Below the pieces are notes generated by a model. The model saw only the letters and a program-made list of their open reading frames with translations. It was not told the origin of the DNA and ran no database searches. The translations under genes were made by a program, and so were the position numbers. This document shows, one piece after another, positions 38,559-47,864 of a stretch of 64,000 nt of DNA (position 1 is the stretch's first letter; the number at the start of each line of letters is the position of its first letter). The DNA is from an uncultured Gemmatimonadota bacterium. Lineage in GTDB: Bacteria > SM23-81 > DAOVCL01. The stretch spans positions 51,393 through 115,392 of the forward strand of contig CAZVGK010000006.1 of NCBI GenBank assembly GCA_964626665.1, read 5' to 3'.

Positions 38559-41500
38559 CTACTTTTCAAACTCTATGGTCCCCTTCTCCACTTCTGGATA
38601 AATACCATCAATTTCCCTCTGGATTTCAATTGTCATTTGCAGGGTGGTAACGACCTTGCAGTAATGTTTTATCTCATCAAGGGATAATCTTTTTCCTTTT
38701 CTATCTTTCAACCATTTGTGACAAACCTGATAGCCCCCGATCTGATATTGCCAGACCTCTTTTGGAATTCCCTCAAAATACTGGCTCGGATTTACATAGA
38801 CATGCCTTTCTTTTTCATCATACCTCAATTTTTCAACTTTTTCATCTCCTTTACCCCGGAATTTAGCGAGGGTTGGGTCAAGTTCTGCTGATTTTAAAAG
38901 ATGCAGCGAAACAAGCTTTTTCCCATATTCTGCCATTTCGCTGAACAGTTTGTAATCTTTGGTAAAAGGAATCCTTGGGAAATCCATCTTTAGGAACTCA
39001 GCGTATTTTGTGCGATAGATATTGGAATAGAGGACAGCGTAGATGTAACAGAAAATTTGTTCGGGTATTGGTGTTTTCTCAAAAACTTTTTCTAATTGAT
39101 CAACTATTGTAGGAGACAAATTCGGTCTTTTTGCCTTATAGTCAGTCTTTGGCTCAAAGAGCATCATGGCACTTCCTGAGGGCCGTTTTGGGGGTTCGTC
39201 TTTCAGGTGATGGATATAGAGAGGGAAAACATTAGAAATTGAAACAGCGGAAGTTATCGAATGAGCATCTATTATTAAATCGGTTACAAAAACAGGCTGT
39301 ATTCCTGACTTGTCCATCTGCCTTGCTGTGATCAACCCCAAATTCTCCTGCAACATATGATGCATAACTTCAGGGCGGGGCATACAATGAAATCCACGAG
39401 ATTTACCTGTGTAATAGGTATATCTTATGTCAAATGGTCTGTATAGGATTGGCACTACTTTCTTCTTGTCCAAACCACTATCCGACAAATCCTTTTGGGC
39501 CAATTCAACCTTCCAATCCCTCGCATCTTTGCCCAAATTATAGGCTAACCGTGCTAATTCGATGTCCATTTTAGAAAAGTTTAGCACAGTGCGCCAAATC
39601 TCCTCAGGTGACCACCTTATCGTCAATTTATCCCTTGCTGTGACTATTCCCACGCTATTTAATGGGAAAATATCGGTTATCTTTGGATACTTTCCATAAC
39701 TTTCCATAAGCCGTTCATCTCTGGGAATAAAAAGGTAAAATCCAGATTTGGGAGACAATTTTTTCCAGTCGGTTGTTTTTAGATCATGCTCCAAAAGCCA
39801 ATCATACTTATGTTGTCGCAAACCCCACGCATCAGCGTGGTAGGTGTTGCATTTATGCCTCTTTGGCTTTTCTTTGGTTTCCGTTTTCTCAAAAAGGCTC
39901 TTTTGAGGTGAAGGACGAAACATAGGATATAACGGTTCCTCTTTCTTTTCTTGTCTTTTTATGAAGAGAACAATAGCCACTCCTTGGCGGATGTCAAAGA
40001 CATTCTCGTCTTTAGATCCGTCAGGGCATTTCTCTTTCTTCAGGCTGTTACCATGCAAATCTAGGATATAAATCTCGTTGAAACTGCTCATCAGGGATTG
40101 CCGCATCCCCCTGAAGGTGGGATTATCCAGATAGCTGTGATTGGTGATAAACCCTAAAACTCCTTCACCCGCCTGGTCTATCTTCCATTGCGCGAAACGG
40201 ATGAATTTGACATAATCATCTTGCAGCCATTTGGGATTCTTTTCCCCGAGGGCTTTGCCATCAACAAATTTGTAATCCTCAATGAGGTTACCTATCCAGG
40301 TTCTTATCTTCTTTCTTTTTTCCTGCCCATTCTTTGCCTTTATAGTGATGTATTTTACACTTACATTTGCGGAGTGTCCAGAATAAGGAGGATTACCAAG
40401 TATCACCAGAATAGGCTGTTCTTTCTTGACTTCGCCTGCCAAATGGGATTCTTTGGAAAGCGAAGCCATACCAGGAAGCTCGGTTTGGGCGAGTTCCTCC
40501 ATCTCCAGGGTATTGGTGAGATAGAGCTTGAACCTATCGTCCGCTTGGAGTTTGTAGCCCAATTCTTCCAGGAGAAAAGACATCTTCAAATGACCAACTG
40601 CGTAAGGTGCCATCATCAGTTCAAAGGCATAGAAGTTTCTCAATATGTGCTCTTTAATCAAACTCTGCCTTCCGCCTTCCCCGTATTTGAAGACGAATTC
40701 CTCCATTGCCAACTTGGCTGCTTCAGCCAAGAAGGTAAGAGTGCCTGCCGCAGGGTCTAAAACCGTAACAGATTCACTGGCGAATCCGTCCGTTCGATTA
40801 AAATGTTTCTTCAGAATATGATGCAAGGAACGGACGATATAGGAAACCACGGGCTCTGGAGTATAATAAACTCCTCTCTTTTCCCTCGTTCGTGGATCGT
40901 ATTCAGCCAAGAAGGTCTCATAAAAATGGACGATAGGGTCTTTGCCCTTGCCCTCGTGAAAATACTGGTGAAGGATATTTCTCACATCAGTAACCGCTAA
41001 AACTTCCGAAATATCATCAATAATCCATTCCATCTGCTGGGGTAAGTCTCCAAGTGAAATGAAATTGAAAACATCTCTTAAAATTCCGATAGTATGTGGA
41101 ATATTATCGTAGGCAAGTTTTCTGTTAAAGCTGTTCTCTGATCGGGTGCGGGCAGCAAAAAGGCCGTAGGTGATGGTTTGGGAGTAAAGATCGGCAAATT
41201 CCTCTTTGGAGAGGCCGCTGATGAGGAATTTCCTGAATGCCTCATAAAACCCTATGATAAATCCCTTTCCCGTTTTTTCCTCTTCTTTTAACTCCTCAGC
41301 AACAACCTCATCCTTTAAGAAGCGTGTCCGCTTTGCTAATTCCACCGCCAGGGTTTTAGCATCGTAGACTCTCGGCAAAGAGAAAGAGAAGAATTTCTCC
41401 AGCAGGTTTAGAAAAGCTGATTCTTTTTCTACCGGCGGAATGGTTTTGAGTTTATGCACAATAAAAGGTCTGGCGATAAGGACCTTATCTATCAAATTGC

Positions 41501-41843
41501 CATTGCGATAGAGTCTGAATTCAAAGAAGTTGGTCAATATCAAATTCGGGAATGTATGCAGATAGCGTTCTAACTGCTCTGATGTCTCTACCTGGTCTAA
41601 ATACTCAACTGTTGGTGCTTTGGCCTCAATATACCCTACAATATGCTGTGATCCATCCCAGATTCTAAAATCGGGATTGCCGGCTTCCGTCTTCTTTGGT
41701 AGCGTGGTTATGTGGATATTCCTTCTGTCCACTGATTCTGTATATTCCTTAAACAATCCATCAAGAACAGAGTAGTAACTCTCCTCCCTGGCATCTCCAC
41801 GCTTAGCAATCTCATATATTTTCTTCAAATACGATTTGAGCAT
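38559..41843 (-). CDS. Fused restriction endonuclease / N6-adenine methyltransferase / specificity protein (type IIG-like, with a type ISP-like C-terminus)
   Basis: N-terminal PDF..IEAK nuclease motif; GVYYTP, LDPAAGT, GNPPY, YRPFD, IGGYQV..KWLK. Confidence 0.9.
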   Translation of the reverse strand: MLKSYLKKIYEIAKRGDAREESYYSVLDGLFKEYTESVDRRNIHITTLPKKTEAGNPDFRIWDGSQHIVGYIEAKAPTVEYLDQVETSEQLERYLHTFPNLILTNFFEFRLYRNGNLIDKVLIARPFIVHKLKTIPPVEKESAFLNLLEKFFSFSLPRVYDAKTLAVELAKRTRFLKDEVVAEELKEEEKTGKGFIIGFYEAFRKFLISGLSKEEFADLYSQTITYGLFAARTRSENSFNRKLAYDNIPHTIGILRDVFNFISLGDLPQQMEWIIDDISEVLAVTDVRNILHQYFHEGKGKDPIVHFYETFLAEYDPRTREKRGVYYTPEPVVSYIVRSLHHILKKHFNRTDGFASESVTVLDPAAGTLTFLAEAAKLAMEEFVFKYGEGGRQSLIKEHILRNFYAFELMMAPYAVGHLKMSFLLEELGYKLQADDRFKLYLTNTLEMEELAQTELPGMASLSKESHLAGEVKKEQPILVILGNPPYSGHSANVSVKYITIKAKNGQEKRKKIRTWIGNLIEDYKFVDGKALGEKNPKWLQDDYVKFIRFAQWKIDQAGEGVLGFITNHSYLDNPTFRGMRQSLMSSFNEIYILDLHGNSLKKEKCPDGSKDENVFDIRQGVAIVLFIKRQEKKEEPLYPMFRPSPQKSLFEKTETKEKPKRHKCNTYHADAWGLRQHKYDWLLEHDLKTTDWKKLSPKSGFYLFIPRDERLMESYGKYPKITDIFPLNSVGIVTARDKLTIRWSPEEIWRTVLNFSKMDIELARLAYNLGKDARDWKVELAQKDLSDSGLDKKKVVPILYRPFDIRYTYYTGKSRGFHCMPRPEVMHHMLQENLGLITARQMDKSGIQPVFVTDLIIDAHSITSAVSISNVFPLYIHHLKDEPPKRPSGSAMMLFEPKTDYKAKRPNLSPTIVDQLEKVFEKTPIPEQIFCYIYAVLYSNIYRTKYAEFLKMDFPRIPFTKDYKLFSEMAEYGKKLVSLHLLKSAELDPTLAKFRGKGDEKVEKLRYDEKERHVYVNPSQYFEGIPKEVWQYQIGGYQVCHKWLKDRKGKRLSLDEIKHYCKVVTTLQMTIEIQREIDGIYPEVEKGTIEFEK

Positions 41844-42205
41844 TTTACCTTTCTTAATAATTTGGGATTCTTAGGCACAGTATCCAAATCCATTTTCTCC
41901 TTGATAGGGGATCGAAATGAATATAAGCAGGTTGTCACCCAAAATCAAGCTAAATGAGGGACTCCAATGACAGAGAACCTCACAAGGTTACCATTCACCA
42001 AAGCAGAGCTGTCAGGAGGTAACTCCTGACAGCACACTTTTTAGGACCCTCATTTTGTATATCTTGTGATAATCTTGTGGAATCTCGTGGTTTCTTACTG
42101 CATAATCTGGGGTTATTTATTCTGGTCATCCTGTCTAGTAAAAAGGAATTTCCATCGAATTGGAGAGGCTTGACAATTAACTCCCGGGGGTGTATTTTAA
42201 AGGAG

Positions 42206-44269
42206 ATGAAAGCAAACCATATTATCCTTCTCTTTCTCCTCCTTCTCTCCTGTTCCCATCCCCCGCGTCCCACCAGTGATGAGGTGGCAAAGCGTTATTC
42301 GGCTGCTGTAGAGCTCTATAAAGAGGGGAGGGTGGAGGAGGCGACAGGGGAGCTGGAGGAAGTCGTCAGGCTCTATCCTAATTTTGCTCCTGCCCATAAT
42401 CTCTTAGGTGAGATCTACCGCAGGAGGGAAGACCTCTTGAGCAGGTTCAAATCTGAAAAGGAGCTGAGAAAGGCAACAAGGCTTGAACCTCTAAATCCTG
42501 AGTATCATCTCAACTTGGGTCTTACCCTGATCAAGAGGGGATTCCAGCACTCAGCCCTTAAGGAGTTTAAGAGGGCATTTGAGCTTGACTCCCTCTGCTT
42601 TGATGCACTCTATCAGATAGGTCTCATCTGGGAAGAAGAAGGGCTAAAAGTGTTTGACCGGGGGGATTTCCGCAAAGCACAAAAGGCATTTGAATCTGCC
42701 TTGAAGGTTGATCCCACATCTCCTAAGGCCCATTACCATCTCGGCCTCTGTTATTTAGAGCTGGGGCAGTATAGGGAGGCTGAGGCCAGGCTTCGTCGGG
42801 CAACCGAGCTTGACTCCACATTTTATCAGACCCATCTGCTTTTAGGCTATCTCTACCACAAAACCAAAAGGGAGGAGGAGGCAGCAAGGGAGTTTGAGGA
42901 GGCCTTCCGCTGGATGATGACCGCCGAGGAGGTGGTCCCCTATTTGAGCATTAGGCTTATAGCCTCCAAAATGGAATGGGAGAAATACCAAAAAATCCCT
43001 TGGAGCCAGAGGAAGGAATTCCTCCACCGTTTCTGGAAGGAGAGGGATCCTATCCCGACCACAGCTATAAACGAAAGGCAGATCGAACATTATTGTCGAG
43101 TGACCTATGCCAATCTTCACTTCTCCGTTCCCCCAAAGGGCTTGCCTGGATGGAGGACAAAGAGGGGAGAGGTCTGCATCAGATATGGCGAACCCACCTT
43201 CCAGAGATGGGTGATGCCAGATGTGCTTCCCAAATTTGGTCTCATCCCCCCCAAATGGGTCTGGTTCTACTCCGATCTCCCCCACCCAGTGGCGCTAACC
43301 TTTGCGGATAATGGGCTTAATGGAAACTATGATCTCCCTTATCCTGAAAAGAACTGGAGCCCAAAGGATTATCGGGAGAGCACGGGGGCTGTCCTGGCCT
43401 CCCTCACCAACACCTTACCCCAATACTACAGCTATGACTATGGGGGGGAACTGCTCAAATACATTTGTCGTGTCTACCAATTCAGGGGAGAAGGGAGAAA
43501 GACCGATGTGGAGATCTACCTGAGTATTCCCCACCCGGAGCTGGACTTTGTAAGGGGTAAAGGTCTCCCCGCGGCCAGGGTGAAGAAGAGGATAGCGGTA
43601 TTTGATAACCTCTGGAAGAATTTGAAAAGTACGGCCGAGGAGGTTAAGTTTCGGGTTCCTCCTACACAAACATCCAACCCAAACCTGATGGTAGTGGACA
43701 GGTCCACCCTCTCCCTACCCCCTGGAGACTGCACCCTGGCCCTAAACATCAAAGATCTCAATTCAGAGAATTTGGGGATAAGGAAACTTCCTCTAAAGGT
43801 GAGGGATTTCCGGGGAGAGGGGCTTCTCTTAAGCGACCTCGCTTTGGTGGAGAAGGCCCGTCCACGAGAAAGGGGAGATAAATTCGGTAGGGGCGAGCTT
43901 CACCTCGTTCCTCGGTTTTCCTCCCGATACCATAGGAACCAATCCCCCTATCTCTACTATGAGATCTACAACCTGAAAAGAGCCCCCTTCACCAACTACA
44001 GGCTAAGCTATGCCATCATCTTAATCTCCCCGCAGCGGAGCGGGCTCTCCACAGTCTGGAATCGCTTGCTGTCGGTTATCCAGGGGGGACGCTGGGAGTC
44101 CATTGTCCAATCTACACTTAATCAGGGGAGGGCAGAGAATGAGGTGGGCTATTTGGAGGTCGATATGAGCAAAGCAAGGAAGGGAAATTACAGGCTCAGC
44201 TTAAAGGTGGAGGATCTGCATAGCGGCCAGACCGCCGAAGGGTGGGTGGACTTCACCATTGTTGATTAG
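42206..44269 (+). CDS. TPR + GWxTD-domain lipoprotein
   Basis: Lipobox LLSC; TPRs; FWKERDPIPTTAINERQIEH..R..YA..GWRTKRGEVCIRYGEP; TTGACA-N17-TATTTT promoter at 42170-42198. Confidence 0.85.
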   Translation: MKANHIILLFLLLLSCSHPPRPTSDEVAKRYSAAVELYKEGRVEEATGELEEVVRLYPNFAPAHNLLGEIYRRREDLLSRFKSEKELRKATRLEPLNPEYHLNLGLTLIKRGFQHSALKEFKRAFELDSLCFDALYQIGLIWEEEGLKVFDRGDFRKAQKAFESALKVDPTSPKAHYHLGLCYLELGQYREAEARLRRATELDSTFYQTHLLLGYLYHKTKREEEAAREFEEAFRWMMTAEEVVPYLSIRLIASKMEWEKYQKIPWSQRKEFLHRFWKERDPIPTTAINERQIEHYCRVTYANLHFSVPPKGLPGWRTKRGEVCIRYGEPTFQRWVMPDVLPKFGLIPPKWVWFYSDLPHPVALTFADNGLNGNYDLPYPEKNWSPKDYRESTGAVLASLTNTLPQYYSYDYGGELLKYICRVYQFRGEGRKTDVEIYLSIPHPELDFVRGKGLPAARVKKRIAVFDNLWKNLKSTAEEVKFRVPPTQTSNPNLMVVDRSTLSLPPGDCTLALNIKDLNSENLGIRKLPLKVRDFRGEGLLLSDLALVEKARPRERGDKFGRGELHLVPRFSSRYHRNQSPYLYYEIYNLKRAPFTNYRLSYAIILISPQRSGLSTVWNRLLSVIQGGRWESIVQSTLNQGRAENEVGYLEVDMSKARKGNYRLSLKVEDLHSGQTAEGWVDFTIVD

Positions 44270-44654
44270 ATAAGCTTTTAGAACTTAGCTCGCTTCAGCG
44301 ACACCTTTTTGACAGGATGAACAGGATTTACAGGATTTTTATGACAAGATGTCAGAATACATCGTTCTGTGAACGGGGATGAATGACATCCTTATAGTTC
44401 CCTCTCCCCTGGTGGGAGAAGGTTCACCCCCTCCTTAGTCCTCCCCCATCAAGGGGGAGGAGACTGTTTTGGATGCTTCGTCCTGTGAGTAGGGAGGTTC
44501 ACTTATCCTGATCATCCTGTCAATCCTGTCTAAAAATGGGATTTTCTATGCTATAGACTTAACGCCCTTCGGTCGAATTCTATGGGATGCAGATTAGCGC
44601 AGGTTTACAAAATTATCCTCCCAAATCTGCGTCTATCTGCGTCCAAAATCGAAT

Positions 44655-46100
44655 CTATACAGACCTTCCCCCCCAAATCCTTCTGATGTGCTCCTCTGGG
44701 AGTCTCTTGGTAAACAGGCTCACCAGAATGAGCAAAGCCACACTTACCCCAATTCCAGGTATGAACCCGTGGACTCCAAAGGGATTTCCCGCAATCATCC
44801 AGCCTAAGGCAACAACAAAACCCCCGATCATCGAGGCGGTACATCCCCACCTGGTCGCCCTTTTCCAGTAGATGCCGAAGAGTAGAGGCCAGAGGGTGGT
44901 GGAGGCGATAACCGCCCAGGCGAAGGCGCAGAGAACCAGGACCAGAGCGGGGGGCCTGAGGGCTATTAAAAGGGAGACCAAACCAACTGCCGCACTGGTG
45001 ATGCGGCTGTATTTGAGGATGGTCTTCTCCGGCAGATTTTTCTTTAACCCCTTCTGATAGATGTCCCTCACTAAGGAGCTGCTGGTGATTATCAAAACCG
45101 AAGAGAAAGTGGACATCCCGGCAGCGATGACTGCGGCCAGGAAGATCGCTGCCCCTAAGGGTGAGAGCACCCCCTTGGTCAATGTGGGAATGGCCAGGTC
45201 GGCATTTTTCAAGCCTGGATAGAGGATTCTGGCTATAGCCCCATTTAGATAAGGCAATATCGCCACACATCCCCCAATGGAGGCAACCACAGTTCCTATC
45301 TTTAAGACATTAGTGCTCTTGATGGAGTAGAACCTGACCACGAGCTGAGGCATCCCCCAGACCCCAAAGCTGACGATCAGGGAGAAGGAAACAAGCCCAG
45401 CCCAACCCCAGATCCCAGGTGTGGAGACCAAGCCAGGGTTAATTGCCGATAGTTTGAGATGGGCAGCGGTGAATCCTCCAACCGCGGAGAGGGAGGCAAA
45501 GGTCAAAAGCAGGAGGCCGAATATCATTATCCAGGCCTGAAGAAAGCCCGTCCAGACAACTGCTAAATATCCACCGATAGCCACATAGAAGATGATGATC
45601 AATCCGGAGAGGAGGACACCCCAGAGGTAAGGGATGTTCATCAGCACCTCCAGGATGTGGCCCATCCCCTTCAAGATGCTCACATTGTAGATGATCATAA
45701 AGAGAAAAATCACCGCAGCAGAGAATATCCTGGCCTCTTCTGCCTTATATCTTTCGGCGACGAAACCGGGGATGGTCATTGTGCCCAACCTGGTAGTGAA
45801 CTCCCTCAGCCTTTTGCCTAAAACTATCCAGCAAAGGGTGCATCCTAAAAGGACATTTATCGCCCCTATCCAGATGGTGGACATGCCGAACATATATCCA
45901 AATCCACCTCCACCGACGATTAGGACTGAGGAAAAATAGGCCGCGATAAAGGAGAGGGCAGTGACCCAGGGGCCAATATTTCTTCCTCCTAAGTAGAAAT
46001 CCTCCACTTTCTTCAGCCTCTTTGAGCTTACCCAACCAATGACCACCAGGAGGATCAGATATATGATCAAGACAACCGAATAGGTCCAGGTCTCTCCCAT
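44655..46100 (-). CDS. Sodium:solute symporter (SSS family)
   Basis: FYLGGRNIGPW, GGYLAVVWTG, GMPQLVVRFY, AAGMST; many TM helices. Confidence 0.92.
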   Translation of the reverse strand: MGETWTYSVVLIIYLILLVVIGWVSSKRLKKVEDFYLGGRNIGPWVTALSFIAAYFSSVLIVGGGGFGYMFGMSTIWIGAINVLLGCTLCWIVLGKRLREFTTRLGTMTIPGFVAERYKAEEARIFSAAVIFLFMIIYNVSILKGMGHILEVLMNIPYLWGVLLSGLIIIFYVAIGGYLAVVWTGFLQAWIMIFGLLLLTFASLSAVGGFTAAHLKLSAINPGLVSTPGIWGWAGLVSFSLIVSFGVWGMPQLVVRFYSIKSTNVLKIGTVVASIGGCVAILPYLNGAIARILYPGLKNADLAIPTLTKGVLSPLGAAIFLAAVIAAGMSTFSSVLIITSSSLVRDIYQKGLKKNLPEKTILKYSRITSAAVGLVSLLIALRPPALVLVLCAFAWAVIASTTLWPLLFGIYWKRATRWGCTASMIGGFVVALGWMIAGNPFGVHGFIPGIGVSVALLILVSLFTKRLPEEHIRRIWGGRSV

Positions 46101-46534
46101 AGTGCTTTCTCCTTTTTAAAAAGATAAGTTCAGAGAATAACTTCCACCTGCGCATACAGGTAATACGCCACCAACAGCCAAGCAGTCAGGTGTCCTCACC
46201 TGAGGGCAAAAGAGCACGGTGGCAGAATCGGAGTTCTGCCACCTCTTTTTTGGTGATTTTACCGTTCTGTTTTATGTTTTCTCAATGCCCAGACTATGGC
46301 CCCAACTACACTCAGGGCCGAGACGATGTAAGCAGAAAATGTTGACCAAGGACAGCCAAATGCTCCCATTTTTTCCTCCCTTAAAAAGTAGGCAGTTTAC
46401 CACGGATGTGACAGTTCGCGGGGATCAGTGATCAGTTTACAGGGATCGAGAACCAGGAATAACCAGCATAAACTTCACTTTTAATTCTCAATTTGTAATT
46501 GTTTTTTTCCGTGAGATTCCGTGGTGGGTTTTAA

Positions 46535-47353
46535 CTAAAGCAAGTAGACGATTTTCACAAAAGGGGCCAGGTGGTATCTATAGCCGCCCTTTGCCAGAAC
46601 TGGCAGCTTGACCGCGACCCCAATCTTAAACCCCTGAAATCCACTGTATTGTAGACCGGGGCATAGCTCCAGGATGTAGTTGTCCCTTTTGAACAAGCCC
46701 TCGCCCGTCATAGATCCATTAAGCTCACAGACGGCTGCCAGATTTTGAAGGAAAGGATATTCAACGGTCAGGTTATAGAATGTCTGATCGGGCCGGTCTT
46801 TTCCATTTAACCAATAGCCCAGAGTAGCGTGTCCAGTGAAGGGTTTAATTTTATGGGTTAGCAAAATCCCCATCAAGAAGTCGGTCGAGCCATCTCCCAA
46901 TGGAGGGGATGCGGTATCGTCCCCTGTGGGTAGCCTGAGCCCAGTAAATCCCGATATTTTGGGGATGCTCTTGCTTCCCTTTACCAGACAGATCTTGGGG
47001 TCTATTACCAGATCCCCAATTCCCGTCGATCTTTCCTTTGATCCACCGGTCTTTATGTTCTGAGCAATAGCCGGAAGGGTTAGCCTGATGGTGAGAAAAT
47101 CGGCGATTCCATAATAGAATCTGGGTAAAAACAAGGCCTTTTCGAATGAATCCCCGCTCGGTAAATCCCCCCAATCTCCCTTGGCGAAAATATCAGACTC
47201 AGCAAAATTCATATACCAGAGAAGCCCATCCACCATAAATTTGCCCCTTGGTAGGGTGTTGGCGCTTGCCCCGATGAGCGGACTGGCCTCTCCTACCCTT
47301 ACCCCTCCGAGGAGCAAACTTATTATCAAACCAACCCCAAAAACCCTTCGCAT
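46535..47353 (-). CDS. Putative outer-membrane beta-barrel protein (MetA-pathway/phenol-degradation-like transporter family)
   Basis: Signal peptide; TGIGDL, LRLPTG..LGDGSTD; RBS GAGGAG before the ATG at 47353. Confidence 0.7.
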   Translation of the reverse strand: MRRVFGVGLIISLLLGGVRVGEASPLIGASANTLPRGKFMVDGLLWYMNFAESDIFAKGDWGDLPSGDSFEKALFLPRFYYGIADFLTIRLTLPAIAQNIKTGGSKERSTGIGDLVIDPKICLVKGSKSIPKISGFTGLRLPTGDDTASPPLGDGSTDFLMGILLTHKIKPFTGHATLGYWLNGKDRPDQTFYNLTVEYPFLQNLAAVCELNGSMTGEGLFKRDNYILELCPGLQYSGFQGFKIGVAVKLPVLAKGGYRYHLAPFVKIVYLL

Positions 47354-47368
47354 AATTTCTCCTCTCTC

Positions 47369-47555
47369 AGAACTTAGCTCCCTTCGGTCGCTAACTTCTC
47401 CAGAGGGCCTCACCGGCCCTATGGCGCTCCGCAATCCTCCGCCAGCTCGGATTGCTCCGCTGTCACCCTTGAAGGGGGCCTACCCCCTTCAAAGAACCCC
47501 CGACGTCTCGGAATTCCTGGGAATTCCGAGACGTGAACTTAGTCGTAAGCGGCGG
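47369..47555. other. Structured non-coding element, copy 2
   Basis: Series of hairpins flanked by GAACTTAG direct repeats; homologous to 37589-37765. Confidence 0.7.
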
Positions 47556-47864
47556 GGTTTTTTTTGACAGGATTTACAGGATTTTTGTTCATCCTTTACA
47601 TCCTGTCTATTCTTATACCACATCCCCTTGAAAAAGGAACACGAATCACACGAATAGACGAATCTACTCGAATGGAGAGTAGAACACAAGGAATTATGAA
47701 TTAGGATTTGTGCTATTCGTCCATTTGTGGAATTCGTGTTCAAGGCCTTATTAAAATGAGGTGGCAGAACCACCATTCTGCCACTTTGGGGGAGAGGACT
47801 CCAGACCTTCCGAGAGTTGTCAGGAGGTAACTCCTGACAGCACACTTGAGTTTTATTTATCCTG

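Noticed and set aside
42077-42205. ORF-track N-terminal extensions (also 15528, 46535-47434, 63282, 9001, 21587, 22736)
   Set aside because: They cross repeats, promoters or upstream genes; better RBS- or promoter-supported starts lie downstream.
46140-46215. Riboswitch or small accessory ORF upstream of the SSS symporter
   Set aside because: No recognisable aptamer consensus and no convincing ORF with an RBS.
47369-47410. Glycine riboswitch (minus-strand CTCTGGAGA...CCGAAGG)
   Set aside because: The downstream CTCTCAGG block is missing, and the segment forms its own hairpin that is also present in the 37.7 kb copy.
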